A stretch of 63,852 nucleotides of DNA, the filler included, from Reticulomyxa filosa (taxonomy: Eukaryota > Protista > Foraminifera): assembly GCA_000512085.1 (NCBI GenBank). It is 15 parts of 15 records of this genome, joined end to end, with 100 filler letters (N's around TTAATTAATTAA, not from the genome) between each part and the next. Parts side by side here need not be neighbours in the genome. Positions count along the whole stretch, not along the records: positions 1 to 18,081 come from ASPP01022888.1; positions 18,182 to 19,802 come from ASPP01042140.1; positions 19,903 to 22,896 come from ASPP01019943.1; positions 22,997 to 25,607 come from ASPP01003577.1; positions 25,708 to 26,819 come from ASPP01013019.1; 10 more parts are not named here. One strand, given 5' to 3'. Below, in pieces: positions 13,653 through 25,742 of the stretch. Each line of letters begins with the position of its first letter. Within the stretch, counting starts at the first letter, position 1. Below the pieces are notes generated by a model, which searched no databases, was not told the origin of the DNA, and worked only from the letters and a program-made list of their open reading frames with translations. A program made the translations under genes and the position numbers.

Positions 13653-14575
13653 CAGTAGTTTGCAAAAAAAACTGTATAAAAAAAAAGGGCTTTTATAGTA
13701 TTTGACTTGTATATCTTTATTGAAAAGAGCTAAAGTAGAAATAATCTTGCAGATACATAGAACAAATCACAGACTATCTTTTCTCTATGTTCTATCTTAT
13801 CTCTTGCATTTATTTGAAAAGTTCTGCATCATTATTTTCATCAGTGGTTTGAAAAATTTAATATTAAAAAAAACTATCTTACCAAACAAAAAAAGTTTAA
13901 AATTAATTATACTGACTAATATTAAAGTATTTAACGCACAATAAACAACGAAAAAGTAAAAAAAGCATTATGGGGGAGCAATGTGATTAGTTTACAAAGG
14001 GAACAGCTTTGTAAATGCTTTTGGATGGAAAGTATATGCGAAAAGTAGCAAAACAATATATTAATCAAATTTAGAACATTTTATGGATTACCAAGTGCCG
14101 TGCTTACAAAAATAGACAATTTTCCAGCAAATATGAACTCTTTGAGTGAGGATTTTATCAAGCAATAGTACTAGATTGAAGGTGATTTATGTGATATGCT
14201 TATTGCTTCAATGCCTAAGCGCATTCATGATGTGATAAAGGCAAATTGCGATGTCATTAAGTGATAAATTACTCATAAAAGCTACTTTCAAACATAAGTG
14301 TAAACGTTTGTTAAATGATTATTTCTTCTTTACAGTTTGATATATGTAAAAAATTTTTGTTAAAAAAAGGCATAATGTAAAAGCAAGCTAAAAAATTAAA
14401 TGTATAACCTTTCAAATAAATGCAATAGATAAGATAGTACATAGATGAAAAATAGTCTGTGATTTGTCCTATGTATATACAAAATTATTTTTACTTTAGC
14501 TCTTTTCAATAAATATAAGTCAAATACTAAAAAAGAACACTTTTTTTTTAGTGTACAGTTTTTTTCAAACTACTA
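13653..14575 (+). mobile_element. Decayed, internally deleted Tc1/mariner-type DNA transposon with ~175-bp terminal inverted repeats
   Basis: Left end TA|CAGTAGTTTG. Region 13653-~13828 is an imperfect inverted repeat of ~14400-14575, with shared blocks such as TTTATTGAAAAGAGCTAAAGTA and ACAAATCACAGACTAT. Internal remnant 14175-14264 'IEGDLCDMLIASMPKRIHDVIKANCDVIK*' matches the Tc1 transposase C-terminus (L..SMP.R...VI.A.G..TKY). Confidence 0.85.
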
Positions 14576-16709
14576 ATCAACAATGATTCCAATCGCAATG
14601 TAATTACCAGCCACAATCGAAAATATACAGAAATGGAGTTATAATCGATTTTCTGCATTTATATGAAGAGTTATATCGTGTGCTATTGCCATAATGTTAT
14701 CGTCTAGTATTGCAACGACATGGTGTGGTCAATGATAGATACAATACATTGACTATTCTATCATTTATCATATGGCAATCCAATACAACAACTACGACAA
14801 TTTCAATCTACAACTAGCAAATGCTGATAAAATATTTTAAGGTTTATCTAGTGACTATATTCGGAACAACAAAAAATATTGAATGATTGTGGAACATGCA
14901 TTACGTGATTTTATTTAGATAGTAAAATAAAAATATTGTAAGACTTTGCTAGAAACGTATTAGAGCTATATTTTAGAAGTCGGATATGGACATTGCTGAA
15001 GAAACTAGTGACTATCGTCCACATTTTCCAACATGTTACAATGATGACAAGCGAAGTCTTAGTTGAAATTACACTTGCAATTATTTATTTCATCAGAAAC
15101 AACTAAAAAGAGTAATTCAAATGCTGTTATATCACAACATGTCTTTCCGAAGTCGTCAGAAAGCCTTTTGGATCGGGTTATCATATTTCCGATACAATGC
15201 CTTTGGTAGAATAGCATAATGTCAATACATCTACTAGCGCAAGTGCACTATACATTTATGATAATAATAATATTAACAGTAATGTGTCAGAAGTCACTTT
15301 GTCAAATGCGACTGCAATGATACAAGATAGGGACAAATGTGATTGCAAATATAGTGAAGTCGTTGGATTTGAAATACGAATTGCAAGTAATACATTTCAT
15401 ATATGAATCTGATGATATAATTAGTGAGTTGTTTTGACAAGTGACTACAATGGGCTAATTAGACAATGATCACTTCAAACTTAATACGTTCATGTATTAA
15501 GTATGTAATGAAATTTGAAACACTAAAAAAAAATGTGTAATCACCAACATTTTGGCCGGAAAAAAACGAAATAGCTCCAACAAATTATGAGCTATGTACG
15601 AAAGAAGTTGGATAAAATTGTCAAAACAATCAACAAACACGCCATACTTGATAATGTTGGAATAATTCTTCACGTTAACTAGTCTGTTGTTCATTCAAAA
15701 AAAAAGCCGGTCGTATCACGTTAAATAAAGAGTGTCATTCGTTGTAAATGCTTCGAACACCGCAATTGGCTCAATCAACATCAGTTATAAAAAAAACCAA
15801 AAACAAAAAAACTCATTGATAGTAACGTTCAGTATGTTCCAAAAAAAAAAAAGTTTATGTTTTTATGTTTATGTGTTTATTTTTTTAAAAGTTGTTTATT
15901 TGATTTGATAATTGTTATATTTAGTCAAATTAGTTAAACAATTTCAAATGGATCAATTAGTTTGAAGAAAATTGCTTGAATCAATTGTATTACTTTCATT
16001 TCATGACCCATATCTGTACTATGAACTTTCGTTTTAATTTTTATGTCAAACAATAATTGTTGATGTTTGTTTTTAGCATCTTTGTAAGTTCAATTAAGTT
16101 ATTTATTTCACTAACTGAGTAAATTGAAAATATTTTCTCCATCGCACCTATTGTTATATCTTTGTTCATTGAGTTTTTTTCTGGAAAACGATATTGTCTG
16201 TATCCAGTTGTTATGTTTATCTGTCTGCTGGTCTCACCACTGTAATTTTTAAACTTGGCTTTTGTTTCTTTTAAAAGTTTCAAAACTTATTTTGATGTCG
16301 CAATTTATCTTTGTGTAAAAATAAAAGTATCAAATAATTCGCATTACATGAGCGAGGAATTGTGGATTAACAGCCACAGAACAAGAGTAAACTTGGAACA
16401 TTTTCAAAACTGACAATGTTGAGTTCATTGTATTAATATAGAGAAAGAGAAACATTTGTTTACGTAGTGGTATATTGCTATGGTGATGGTTGTCCTTTGT
16501 GATATCACTGCACCCAAAAAAACAACAAGCAAAAAATAAAAAGCAAAAGAAAAAAACAAAGGCACATTTCAAAAAACTTAAAAAATTTTCTATTCAAAAA
16601 CAAAACAAAGCAAAACAAAAAAGATTCATATGTGGTGATAAAAGGCTTTTTTTTGAAGTTTAGAAGTGTCGACATTGATGATAAAAGTAAATGTTGACAT
16701 TGTAATAAT

Positions 16710-18004
16710 TTACCAATCAAACTTTTCTCCAATCATGGCACAATGCTCTCTTTGAATAGTATGAATAGTACTTAGCCATTTCAATTTGGTAATTAGTTTG
16801 GATTCGCCACCATTGACAATAGTCATGACCCCTTCACTGATATCGTGCCAACTTTTTCTACTTCTGTTATTGTTATTGTGTGAAACTTTGATGTCATTAT
16901 GTTTATCGCGAGGTTCTTCAAAAATATGTGGAAGTGTAGTTGTTTTAGGCTGTTCATGTTCTCGAAGCTCAGACATTTCTGCGTCATTGTCGTGGTCATG
17001 GTCATTGTGCTCATGTTTACCAGACGACGAGAGATAGTTGTGATCACCATCATTAGCATGAATATTTTGCAATTTTTGTTCGAGCCAGAGTTTTTTGAGA
17101 TCATTGCGCAAGAGAATATCCAATTGTTTCGTCAATTGCTGTTTGAATTCAATGCTGAACAGGTATTGAAAGTTATTGGGCAAGCGGGCAACAATTTTAG
17201 CTGACAAATGAGAGCCATCATTACGAGACAATTTCATCAAATTCGATTCAATTCCTTTCCACAAAGTCCACATACTCAACACATATTCAATCGGCCGTTC
17301 AAATGCCTCCTCATATCGATAAAGATTCAACTCTGCAATCACAAATGCAGTACTCTTATCATCATCGTCATCTTCTTTTTCTTCTCTATTATCATTATTA
17401 TCATCACCACCCTTTCTCTCTTTCGATACATGCGATCCATGACCGGGACGTTGATACAACAAACAGATTAATTGATACACTTTCAATAAAAATACAATTC
17501 CTTTGTGGCTTTCCTCAAAATTGGGTAATTTGCGTTTGATCATTTGAATTGCATCCATGCATCTTCCATTGATAAAAATAAATGCAAGTACTTTTTCCCG
17601 GAAAAGAGTATTACCAATGATTTCCTGTCTTTCCATTTCTGTTAAATCGTAGATATCCGCCTCGGAGAATCTGTCGGATGGTCCTTTTTTCTCTTCGTTC
17701 ACCTTCAAATTCGGTTCACTCAAAAATGACTTGGCCTTTGCCGCTATGGTTGTCAAGGTGTTGTTGGTGTTGGTGTTGGCAGTAGTTGTTGTGATGGATG
17801 TCGTAGATGTGTTTGCATCTACGTCCATGGCATTATCTGCCCTTTTTTTTTTATCCGACTTCAAACCACCACTGCTGTTGTTGTTGTTGCTGCTGCCACT
17901 TCCTAACTCACGTCTACGTTTACGAGAGCCTCCAACGTTCTGACATAGCCCGAGTGCAGCAAATGATCTTCAATTAGTGGCAGGATATCATCCACTTTTG
18001 AGAT
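16710..18004 (-). CDS. LisH-CTLH(-CRA) domain protein, GID/CTLH E3 complex subunit-like; 5' part lies in the gap
   Basis: LisH 'ILPLIEDHLLHSGYVRTLEAL' at 17986-17924 in a different frame from the main ORF; joined by a possible 53-nt intron 17911-17859 (GTGAGT..AAG) or a 1-nt error. CTLH 'REKVLAFIFINGRCMDAIQMI...IVFLLKVYQLICLL'. CRA-like end 'ESKLITKLKWL'. Confidence 0.7.
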
Positions 18005-18081
18005 CTTTTTTGCCAGATGATTGGGAAAAATTTTTTTGAAAGAACAGGCCGTAATATTTAAACAAACAAATTATACATATA

Positions 18082-18181
18082 NNNNNNNNNNNNNNNNNNN
18101 NNNNNNNNNNNNNNNNNNNNNNNNNTTAATTAATTAANNNNNNNNNNNNNNNNNNNNNNNNNNNNNNNNNNNNNNNNNNNN
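18082..18181. other. Assembly linker/gap
   Basis: 44 N + TTAATTAATTAA (stops in all six frames) + 44 N. Confidence 0.99.
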
Positions 18182-18301
18182 AAAACAAGCAAAAACCTTT
18201 TCCAAAAAAAAATTTCAAACCACCAATTTTTTTTTTTTAAATTAAAAAAAAAAAAAACGAATCAAAAAAAGAAAATAAAAAAATAACGAGAGATATCAAA
18301 A

Positions 18302-19802
18302 ATGAGAGAAACCCATGAAAAAGAGGTGAAAGATTTGCTCCTTCTCTGTACGTGTTTCCTCAAGCTTTTTTTGCAAACGGAAATAATCCAACAACAGTTG
18401 TTAGAAGAAATGCAGCAATTGCAAAAGCATCTACAAGATAACACCAGACACGTTGATGAGTCCATTACCACCGACAACAATGACGATTATAATCGACTCC
18501 TACCAGCTGATTATCTCAAAACACAAGTTGTATTATTATTATTTCTGTTGCTACAATTGTTTCGTTTTTTTTTTTTGTTTTTTTTCGCATCATCAAGCAA
18601 AAAAAGATCATTTTGTTTTGTTTAATGTGTGTGTGTAAAATGAAAAAAAGATGGAAGAGATAAGAACGGAACAAAAGTTAGAAATGAAGAGGATAACGAA
18701 AAGATATGAGTTACAACTAGCCCGAATGCAGGTGGAGATGGATGAATGGAAGGGACAAGTAGAAGATAAGAAATTGTATCATTCACTGCAAGCTCAACTC
18801 AACGCAATTGTCCAATCAATGCTAAACACATCATCATTATCATCGTCATGGCAGCACGTTCAATCGCAAATTCAACAAGTGCATCAAATCGTATTACAAA
18901 AACATGATCACTCACAGCTGCTATTGCAAAAAGCTGACGACCAATGGTTTCGTTATCAACATGCTGTCGAAAATCAGATTCGCGTGCTTAAACAGCTTTG
19001 TTGTTCAATTTCAATCCATCTCCTTTCTTTTTTTTTTTATTTGTTATGGACAGTGAACAATGCACACACACAAATAAGTATCATTAACATACACATTTAT
19101 ATACATATACAATTTTTTTGTTGTTGGAAAAAAAAAAGACGATTGACTGCGTTTGAGAATGGAAATGTGGAAATTACATTGCGAATTGATTTGGAAGATC
19201 ACATAAGACATCGCGTGGCCGTACCGAAGCAACCTGCCCCCGTTCGACCTGATGATAATGCATCTGTTAGGAATGGGCCACCGAGTCACGCCATTACGAT
19301 GGCCAATGCAAGTGAAACATCGTCGTCATCGTCATTATCATCACACGGCCAAGTCAATGGTCTGTTCCGACCAGTATCAATATCTAAAGATGTCAATGCT
19401 GTTCCAATATCAGAAGAGTTTCCGAACGCCCGCAAAACGAAGACGATGACGACGACGACGACGAGGCCGAATCAAACAGCATCGACTGTGCATATAGCCA
19501 CTCATGTCAACGCAAAAATTACTGCGAAGGAGCGTTCACCGAGTCCTAATCCATCGATAGATGCAAGTTCATTGCGCCACGTTGGAACCACGAGTATGAT
19601 CACGTTAGATCCGTCAGATACTACCAAATCCATATCCTCCGATCTCGCATTTGATCCCGCCCTGCAACGCAGCAAATCGCAGTCCAATCTCACACACCAA
19701 TCAAAACTACGTGTCAGTATCACTTCGGCACAAGAATCCACAAACACTATCCGACGAAAAGTCTGTCAAATATTTTTATTACACTCTCTCTCTCTCTCTC
19801 TC
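18302..19802 (+). CDS. Hypothetical protein with coiled-coil N-half and S/T-rich C-half; multi-exon, 3' truncated by the gap
   Basis: ORFs 18302-18625 and 18651-19850 with Q/E/L heptads, interrupted by T/A-tract intron-like segments. Confidence 0.5.
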
Positions 19803-19902
19803 NNNNNNNNNNNNNNNNNNNNNNNNNNNNNNNNNNNNNNNNNNNNTTAATTAATTAANNNNNNNNNNNNNNNNNNNNNNNNNNNNNNNNNNNNNNNNNN
19901 NN
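19803..19902. other. Assembly linker/gap
   Basis: Same 100-bp linker. Confidence 0.99.
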
Positions 19903-22840
19903 ATAATAATAATAATAATAATAACAATAACAATAATAACAATAATGCCAATAATAATGTCGCAACGAATAGTCACAACGAGCAGCTGCAGGTCTACAGT
20001 TTGTTGGAAGACAAAGAGGTGACTGACGTGCCTAACTTGCGACATCACGTGTTCATTAGTAAAGAGACGACCAAACAATTGGCAGACTACGTCATAGCCG
20101 AGCCATGGGGACACGAAAATGGTCTGTTATACAAATATTTGGATTACGTGTGGAGATGCCAGCTGTTTGACAAACAAGTGAAGCTATGCTATCTGACCAA
20201 CACTGAACACTCGCAAGGGACCCACCGGAACAAAAGTGAGCCAAGGCTCATTTGGCACACTGGCTTGCAACGAAGATCGGATGGCAAGCCCGTGCTCTTA
20301 TTTCTCATTTTGAACGACGTGTACGGTGTCAATAAAAATGTTGAACAAAAATGGAGAGTTGCCATGGGTGTGTGTGTGTTTTTTTTTTTGTGTGTGCATA
20401 TGTATACACTTTTCTCCAAAAAAAAAAAAAAAGAAAAAAAATTTTTCGCATATTTTTTTTTTCAAAAAAAAAAAAAAAAAAGGAAATCCAAATCCATCAT
20501 TCCAAACGGAAGATGAGTTGTTGAATAAGTATCTTGGAATGGGAGTACGTGACTCATTACCAAAACGCACTCGCTTTTATACGTCCTTATCGGACCTGCT
20601 GTTCGAACCTGCCTTTGAGTTTTATATCGATTGGGAAGAGCGGCTACGCACTTGCAAAGATCGCATTTACAAAGTACTTTCCGAAGGTTTTGTCTTTTTT
20701 TGAAAAAAAAAAAAAAAGGAGGGGGGGCAAGTGAATAAAAAATTTTTTTTGGTATGTTTGATTAAAAAAAAAAAGATAAACCCGTTCGACATCGCAATTC
20801 GAATGGACATAATAACAATAATAATAATAATAATAATAACTCGAATCGTCATAGCCATCACCGATACAACCGAGCAGTAGACGAGAATTTGCTATCGGTA
20901 CAGCAATTGCATCGGATGTTTGCGGAAGCGACGGCTCGTGCCGAGAATATCGCTCGTGAGAATCCGCGCTATGTAATTCCGCAAGCCTTTGTGGAGTCGA
21001 AGAATGGGGCGTATCGCCTGGAGTTGTTGCTGCCAATCACGATCGAGTACCAACAGCGCAAATACTATTTCGCCTTAGCCATTCGTCCTGATCAGGAAAG
21101 ACAATGCTATGAAGGTATGAGTATATTAACTGCTGACATGGCATATGCCAATGCGCGCTTGGTAGGAATGGTCGATTCCAAATGGCTACACACCTTCATC
21201 ATTGAAAGTTCCCCCATCAATGAAGACGATGACTATTCACGCTTCAATTCCAACTTGGGCTCGTTTGCTCTTTCCACCACTGTCAATGTTATATAATACA
21301 TACATATATACGTCATATAATATATATACACACATATATGTACATATACATATTTTTTAGATATGTCATGTGTAATGATCTTTTTTTTTTTTTATTTTGT
21401 TTTGTTTTGTGAATGACGTGAAAGAAGGAAGGAAGACAAGTAGACCGAAATGTGAATGCCAAAAATAATAACTATAAAGTGCCAAGTGATAACGCTAGCA
21501 TTGGGAATATTCCATTACTGCCTTCTCATCTTGATCAATCCATTCGTTTCATTAACACTACTCAAGGTTGATTTTTTTATTTATTTATCCTAATAATCAT
21601 CAATATATATATATATATATATTTTTTATATAAAAAAATTGTAGAAAAACAGAAGAAAGTATGAGTAAGCAAAAAAAAAAAAAAAAAGGGAATAACAGAT
21701 TTGCCAGCAGTAACGACGTCATTGATAGGGAAACAGCTGCCATCTTATCACTCGACATTACCCCCTCTCATTGTGACACCACATCAACATCTCACGTCAA
21801 AAGATTTAAGCGGACTTAACCCCTCAGTTCTTTCAGGACTTGCCAATTCTGCTGCCAATTCCAGCGCGCCGCACAGCGTTACTTCATCGGTACTCCTTCT
21901 GCCCCTTCAACAAAGAGATAGAGATAAAGATAAAGATAAAGGCAAAGAAAAGGAAAAAGAAAAAGAAAAAGAAAAAGGAAAGGATATTGAAAAAGAAAAG
22001 GAACAAGAAAAGAAGAATAGCGAAGGAAAGGACAAGACGAAAGAAAAAGAACCACAAATATTGACAACGGAAGGGCTAACAAAGAATGAGCCAATATTGA
22101 ATAGCATTGGAATGACAGCAGCCACAGTGGAGAACCCACTGAGCTGCGGCAACTCGGTATCGCAGAATAGCATGTCCTCGTTGTCCAATTCCGATGCCAA
22201 TGGGATCCTGCAAATGAACAGCTTAGAAGCAATTGAGCACAATGAAAAAATGAGACAAGTCAATGCAGGCACTCCAATCAATCAAGTAAGCACTGTCGAC
22301 ATACCAAATGCAACCAATGAAGATAAGGCCAACAAAAACGTGACAAGAGAACCAACGCAAAGTGCCAAAGGGACAACATTCAAATTCGACGATCATTGTG
22401 CAACTGCTGACGTCAAATTGAATGCTATTTTTGAAGATAGAAATTCGCAAAAAGAAACCAGTCTTTGGCCAGGATATAAACATGTAATCCAATATCTTAT
22501 ATACATATATATATATATTTTTTTTTTTTCTCTTCTCTTTTGAGTAATCCATTCGCAAATAAATAAATAAATAAATAAAAAAGGAAAAAGTGGATGCAAG
22601 CAATAATCCCTCAGAAGCGGCGAGAACGCACAACGACTCGATCGTAAAATCATTTTCGGAAAACGCATTAACGAAATGTGCAGACGAAATGTGTCCAAGT
22701 ATTTACGACGAATTTATCGGCAGCGAAACCAACATTGCTCAGTACTTTGGAGATCACGGATACGATTCCAATCCTTCCTTGAATTCCTTCCATTCCTCAC
22801 AATACCCTGCCTACTCAGGGGCCAATCCCAAAGTTTTACA
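19903..22840 (+). CDS. DUF3825-domain protein with a long low-complexity C-tail (introns 20368-20482, 20687-20775, 21288-~21424 and more); partial
   Basis: Spliced sequence has DUF3825 hallmarks in order: 'LA....AEPW...LLYKYLDY', 'WHTGL', 'LPKRTRFY...DLLFEP', 'ARENPRYVIPQ', 'LELLLPI', 'YEGMSILTADMAYANARLV...SKWL'. Confidence 0.8.
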
Positions 22841-22859
22841 TATACAATATATATACATA

Positions 22860-22896
<37 letters not shown>

Positions 22897-22996
22897 NNNN
22901 NNNNNNNNNNNNNNNNNNNNNNNNNNNNNNNNNNNNNNNNTTAATTAATTAANNNNNNNNNNNNNNNNNNNNNNNNNNNNNNNNNNNNNNNNNNNN
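22897..22996. other. Assembly linker/gap
   Basis: Same 100-bp linker. Confidence 0.99.
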
Positions 22997-23072
22997 AATT
23001 AAGTTGATACAAAAAGCTAATCAATGTGTCAAACGATAATATATTATACTAATATAATGAATAAAACTATAA

Positions 23073-23241
23073 AATACAAATTGGTTCGAAAAAAATATAA
23101 AATAAAAAAAAATGATAAAAATAAAAAAGTAAAAAAATTTTAATGCATGCGTCACATTGTGACGCATGCGCTAAAACTTTTATACTTTTTTATTTTTATC
23201 ATTTTTTTTTATTTTATATTTTTTTCGAACCAATTTGTATT
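23073..23241. repeat. 169-bp near-perfect palindrome (foldback)
   Basis: AATACAAATTGGTTCGAAAA...GCATGCGTCACA-T-TGTGACGCATGC...TTTTCGAACCAATTTGTATT; centre at 23157; few mismatches. Confidence 0.9.
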
Positions 23242-23289
23242 CAATAAAAATGAAAAACAAAAATTGTAATGTACGCATGACTATAGAAT

Positions 23290-25600
23290 TTTTTTTTCGT
23301 AAAAATAGTATATGTGCTTTGTTTTATTTTTCGATTTATTGATTGGGGTTAATTCACATGGATCTTTTTTTTTGCAGGCTTTGCGGCGGTTTATGGCTGC
23401 TGATAGTCCCAAGCGTGTTGGAATTGTTGTTGAATTAAAGGGAAAGGGGTTGTTTCAGGTCGGACTGTTGATTTCCTTTTTTTGGCCTTTTTTTGCGATA
23501 TTGAGGCTTACTTTTCCATTTTTTGGGTCCCTTTTTGTCGATGCATTTGTTTTTTTGCTCGTTCAGTTGTTGTTGATGGTCAATAGGGTTGGACTGTATT
23601 GCAAAGTATCAAACAACTCTTTCAATGGGTCGACATACTGCGATGGTCCAACATTGCCTTCCTCATCCGTCTCATTTTCCGTCAATTCCTCTTCGTCCGT
23701 GTCGCAATAGTACATTGAGTTTTTTTGCCTGGAGAACAAGATGGCGCAAATTCTGGAGATAGCAATACATCTTTCCACGTTTTGTTGCTCTCTTGCCCTT
23801 GCGCGATTACACATAATCGTCTTGTGTGCAATCATCGCGCGGTCGTGGTCGTCGCCGATTGCAATAAGAAACTACTTCGAAGTCGTTGACGAGGATGTTG
23901 CGTGCTTGTTGCTTGTCCGCTGATGTTGATGACACAACTGCTGTTGTTTTGCTGCAATCTCTTTGGCCACGTGTTGGGATTTCATAGGTTTGACAGTTGG
24001 ATGTCTGAGTCAGAAAATTACGGATGGAACACTATTTCTTTGGACCTTTTTTGTTTTGTCCATTGATTTCATTCATATAGCATAGGAAGCTAGTCAGCTA
24101 AATCATTTGGATCTTTATTCTCTTCTTCTTGCTTATTCAAGGCGGACTCATCAATCTTGATCCTTGTTTTCTTCTGCTTCTATTTCTTCGTCCACGGAAG
24201 AGATAAGAGCTACCGTGCCCATCAGCATGGTGGAGGAGACCTTTAGCATCGCCGCCGGAGTGAATTGAGATACCACGACATTGGACGCAATTTCTTCTTT
24301 GGAGGGTGCATCGGCATCGGCCTTGCGGTGGGTGATCACTTCGATCAATTGAGTCAATTGCTTCACGACTGAAGATGGACTCATGGTGTGTATTTTGGAT
24401 AAAGCTGGGATGTTCATCAGCGATTGCTTCACCCATGTCACCATGCGACGACAAATCTTCATGCCAATTCCTACGTGTCGAGCGTAACGTCTCAAAAAAT
24501 ATAGTGTGTTGACATTACCTGGATATATTATTTAATGTTGTTCGCAACAGATTCAGCAGCGGTTGAGATATCAATCAATGCATTTGCTCTACTCGCGTCT
24601 TGCTCAGTGTCATGCTCACTCACTCGTATTGGATTGCTTTGTTGGCTCAAATAAAACCACTTGTTTACTGTTTTTCTTATTTCAAACAAATAAAAAAAGT
24701 GTTATGTGTTTGACTTAACAGTGTCATTGGCAGTCCATGTCAAACATTGATAGCATATCAATCGAAGGGCTATGAGTGGATCTTATCAACAACACACAAA
24801 GCCAATGAAATTGAATGGACATAAAAAAATTTTAAAAAAAGAAGATTGAAAAAACAGTTATTTGTAAACAGATTTTCTGTCGCTTTTCAGGCACCAAAAT
24901 GATCTTTGGAATGGTTAAATCGGTTTAGAAAGGTGTGACAGGGAAACGAGTGATTTTGCCTCTTGGAGGGAAGCGATAATGTTTTCTTCTTCCAAAATGA
25001 CCCGAAGCAAAGCGACCGCTTCGTCCTCCTCGACTTGATGTCTGTGTGAAATGTCTGAATTTTTCACCATACTCACTTTCAAACTTTTGTTGTTGCATTT
25101 GTTACTGTTGCATATACACTTGTTCGATAAAGACATCCTCTTTGGCTCAGGAGGCAGATTGGGGTTATTCGATGAGTCTTCTTGTTCATTTGCTTGGCCG
25201 CTATATTCGTTGTCTTCATTTCCATCTGCGTCGGCCTCTGCTTCTCCTAATATCATTGCGATCAGTATTTCGTCCAGTTGTCGCGATGCTCCAATCGCCA
25301 TTATACCCAAGTCTAATGTGACCGTGTCCACTCTGATTTCCATTGCATCCTCTGCAAACATTTCTCGCAAACTTAGGAAGGCCTGACGAGTGTAGTATTC
25401 TCTGTTTTCTTCCAAAAATCTAGTCAGATCACTGTTCAATCATCCCGAAGACAAGATCATGTCGATTATCTTTTTTGAGTGACATATTTTATTTTATTTT
25501 ATTTTTGCAACCAATCCAAAAGTGTTTTTATGTATGTACGTAAATAATATCTCCTGTTTGCATAATCGTAGTTATACGTCGCCAACGCGGTGTCCAATAC
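23290..25600 (-). pseudogene. Decayed coding region of unknown family
   Basis: Coding-like frames (24915-25439, 24151-24495, 23563-23835) interrupted by isolated in-frame TGA/TAG/TAA and by frameshifts. Confidence 0.5.
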
Positions 25601-25607
25601 CGTATCA

Positions 25608-25707
25608 NNNNNNNNNNNNNNNNNNNNNNNNNNNNNNNNNNNNNNNNNNNNTTAATTAATTAANNNNNNNNNNNNNNNNNNNNNNNNNNNNNNNNNNNNN
25701 NNNNNNN
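25608..25707. other. Assembly linker/gap
   Basis: Same 100-bp linker. Confidence 0.99.
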
Positions 25708-25742
25708 ATATATTTATTTTTTTTCATTTTTTATTTTTTTTT

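Noticed and set aside
14600-15480. Coding-like composition suggesting a decayed gene
   Set aside because: No open frame or recognisable motif.
18082-18181. Recurring TTAATTAATTAA palindrome flanked by N (14 copies)
   Set aside because: Artificial six-frame-stop linker, identical length each time; not biology.
23290-25600. Alternative genetic code to explain in-frame stops
   Set aside because: TAA, TAG and TGA each terminate conserved genes elsewhere in the window (e.g. 52197, 4744, 54536), and long ORFs are stop-free.
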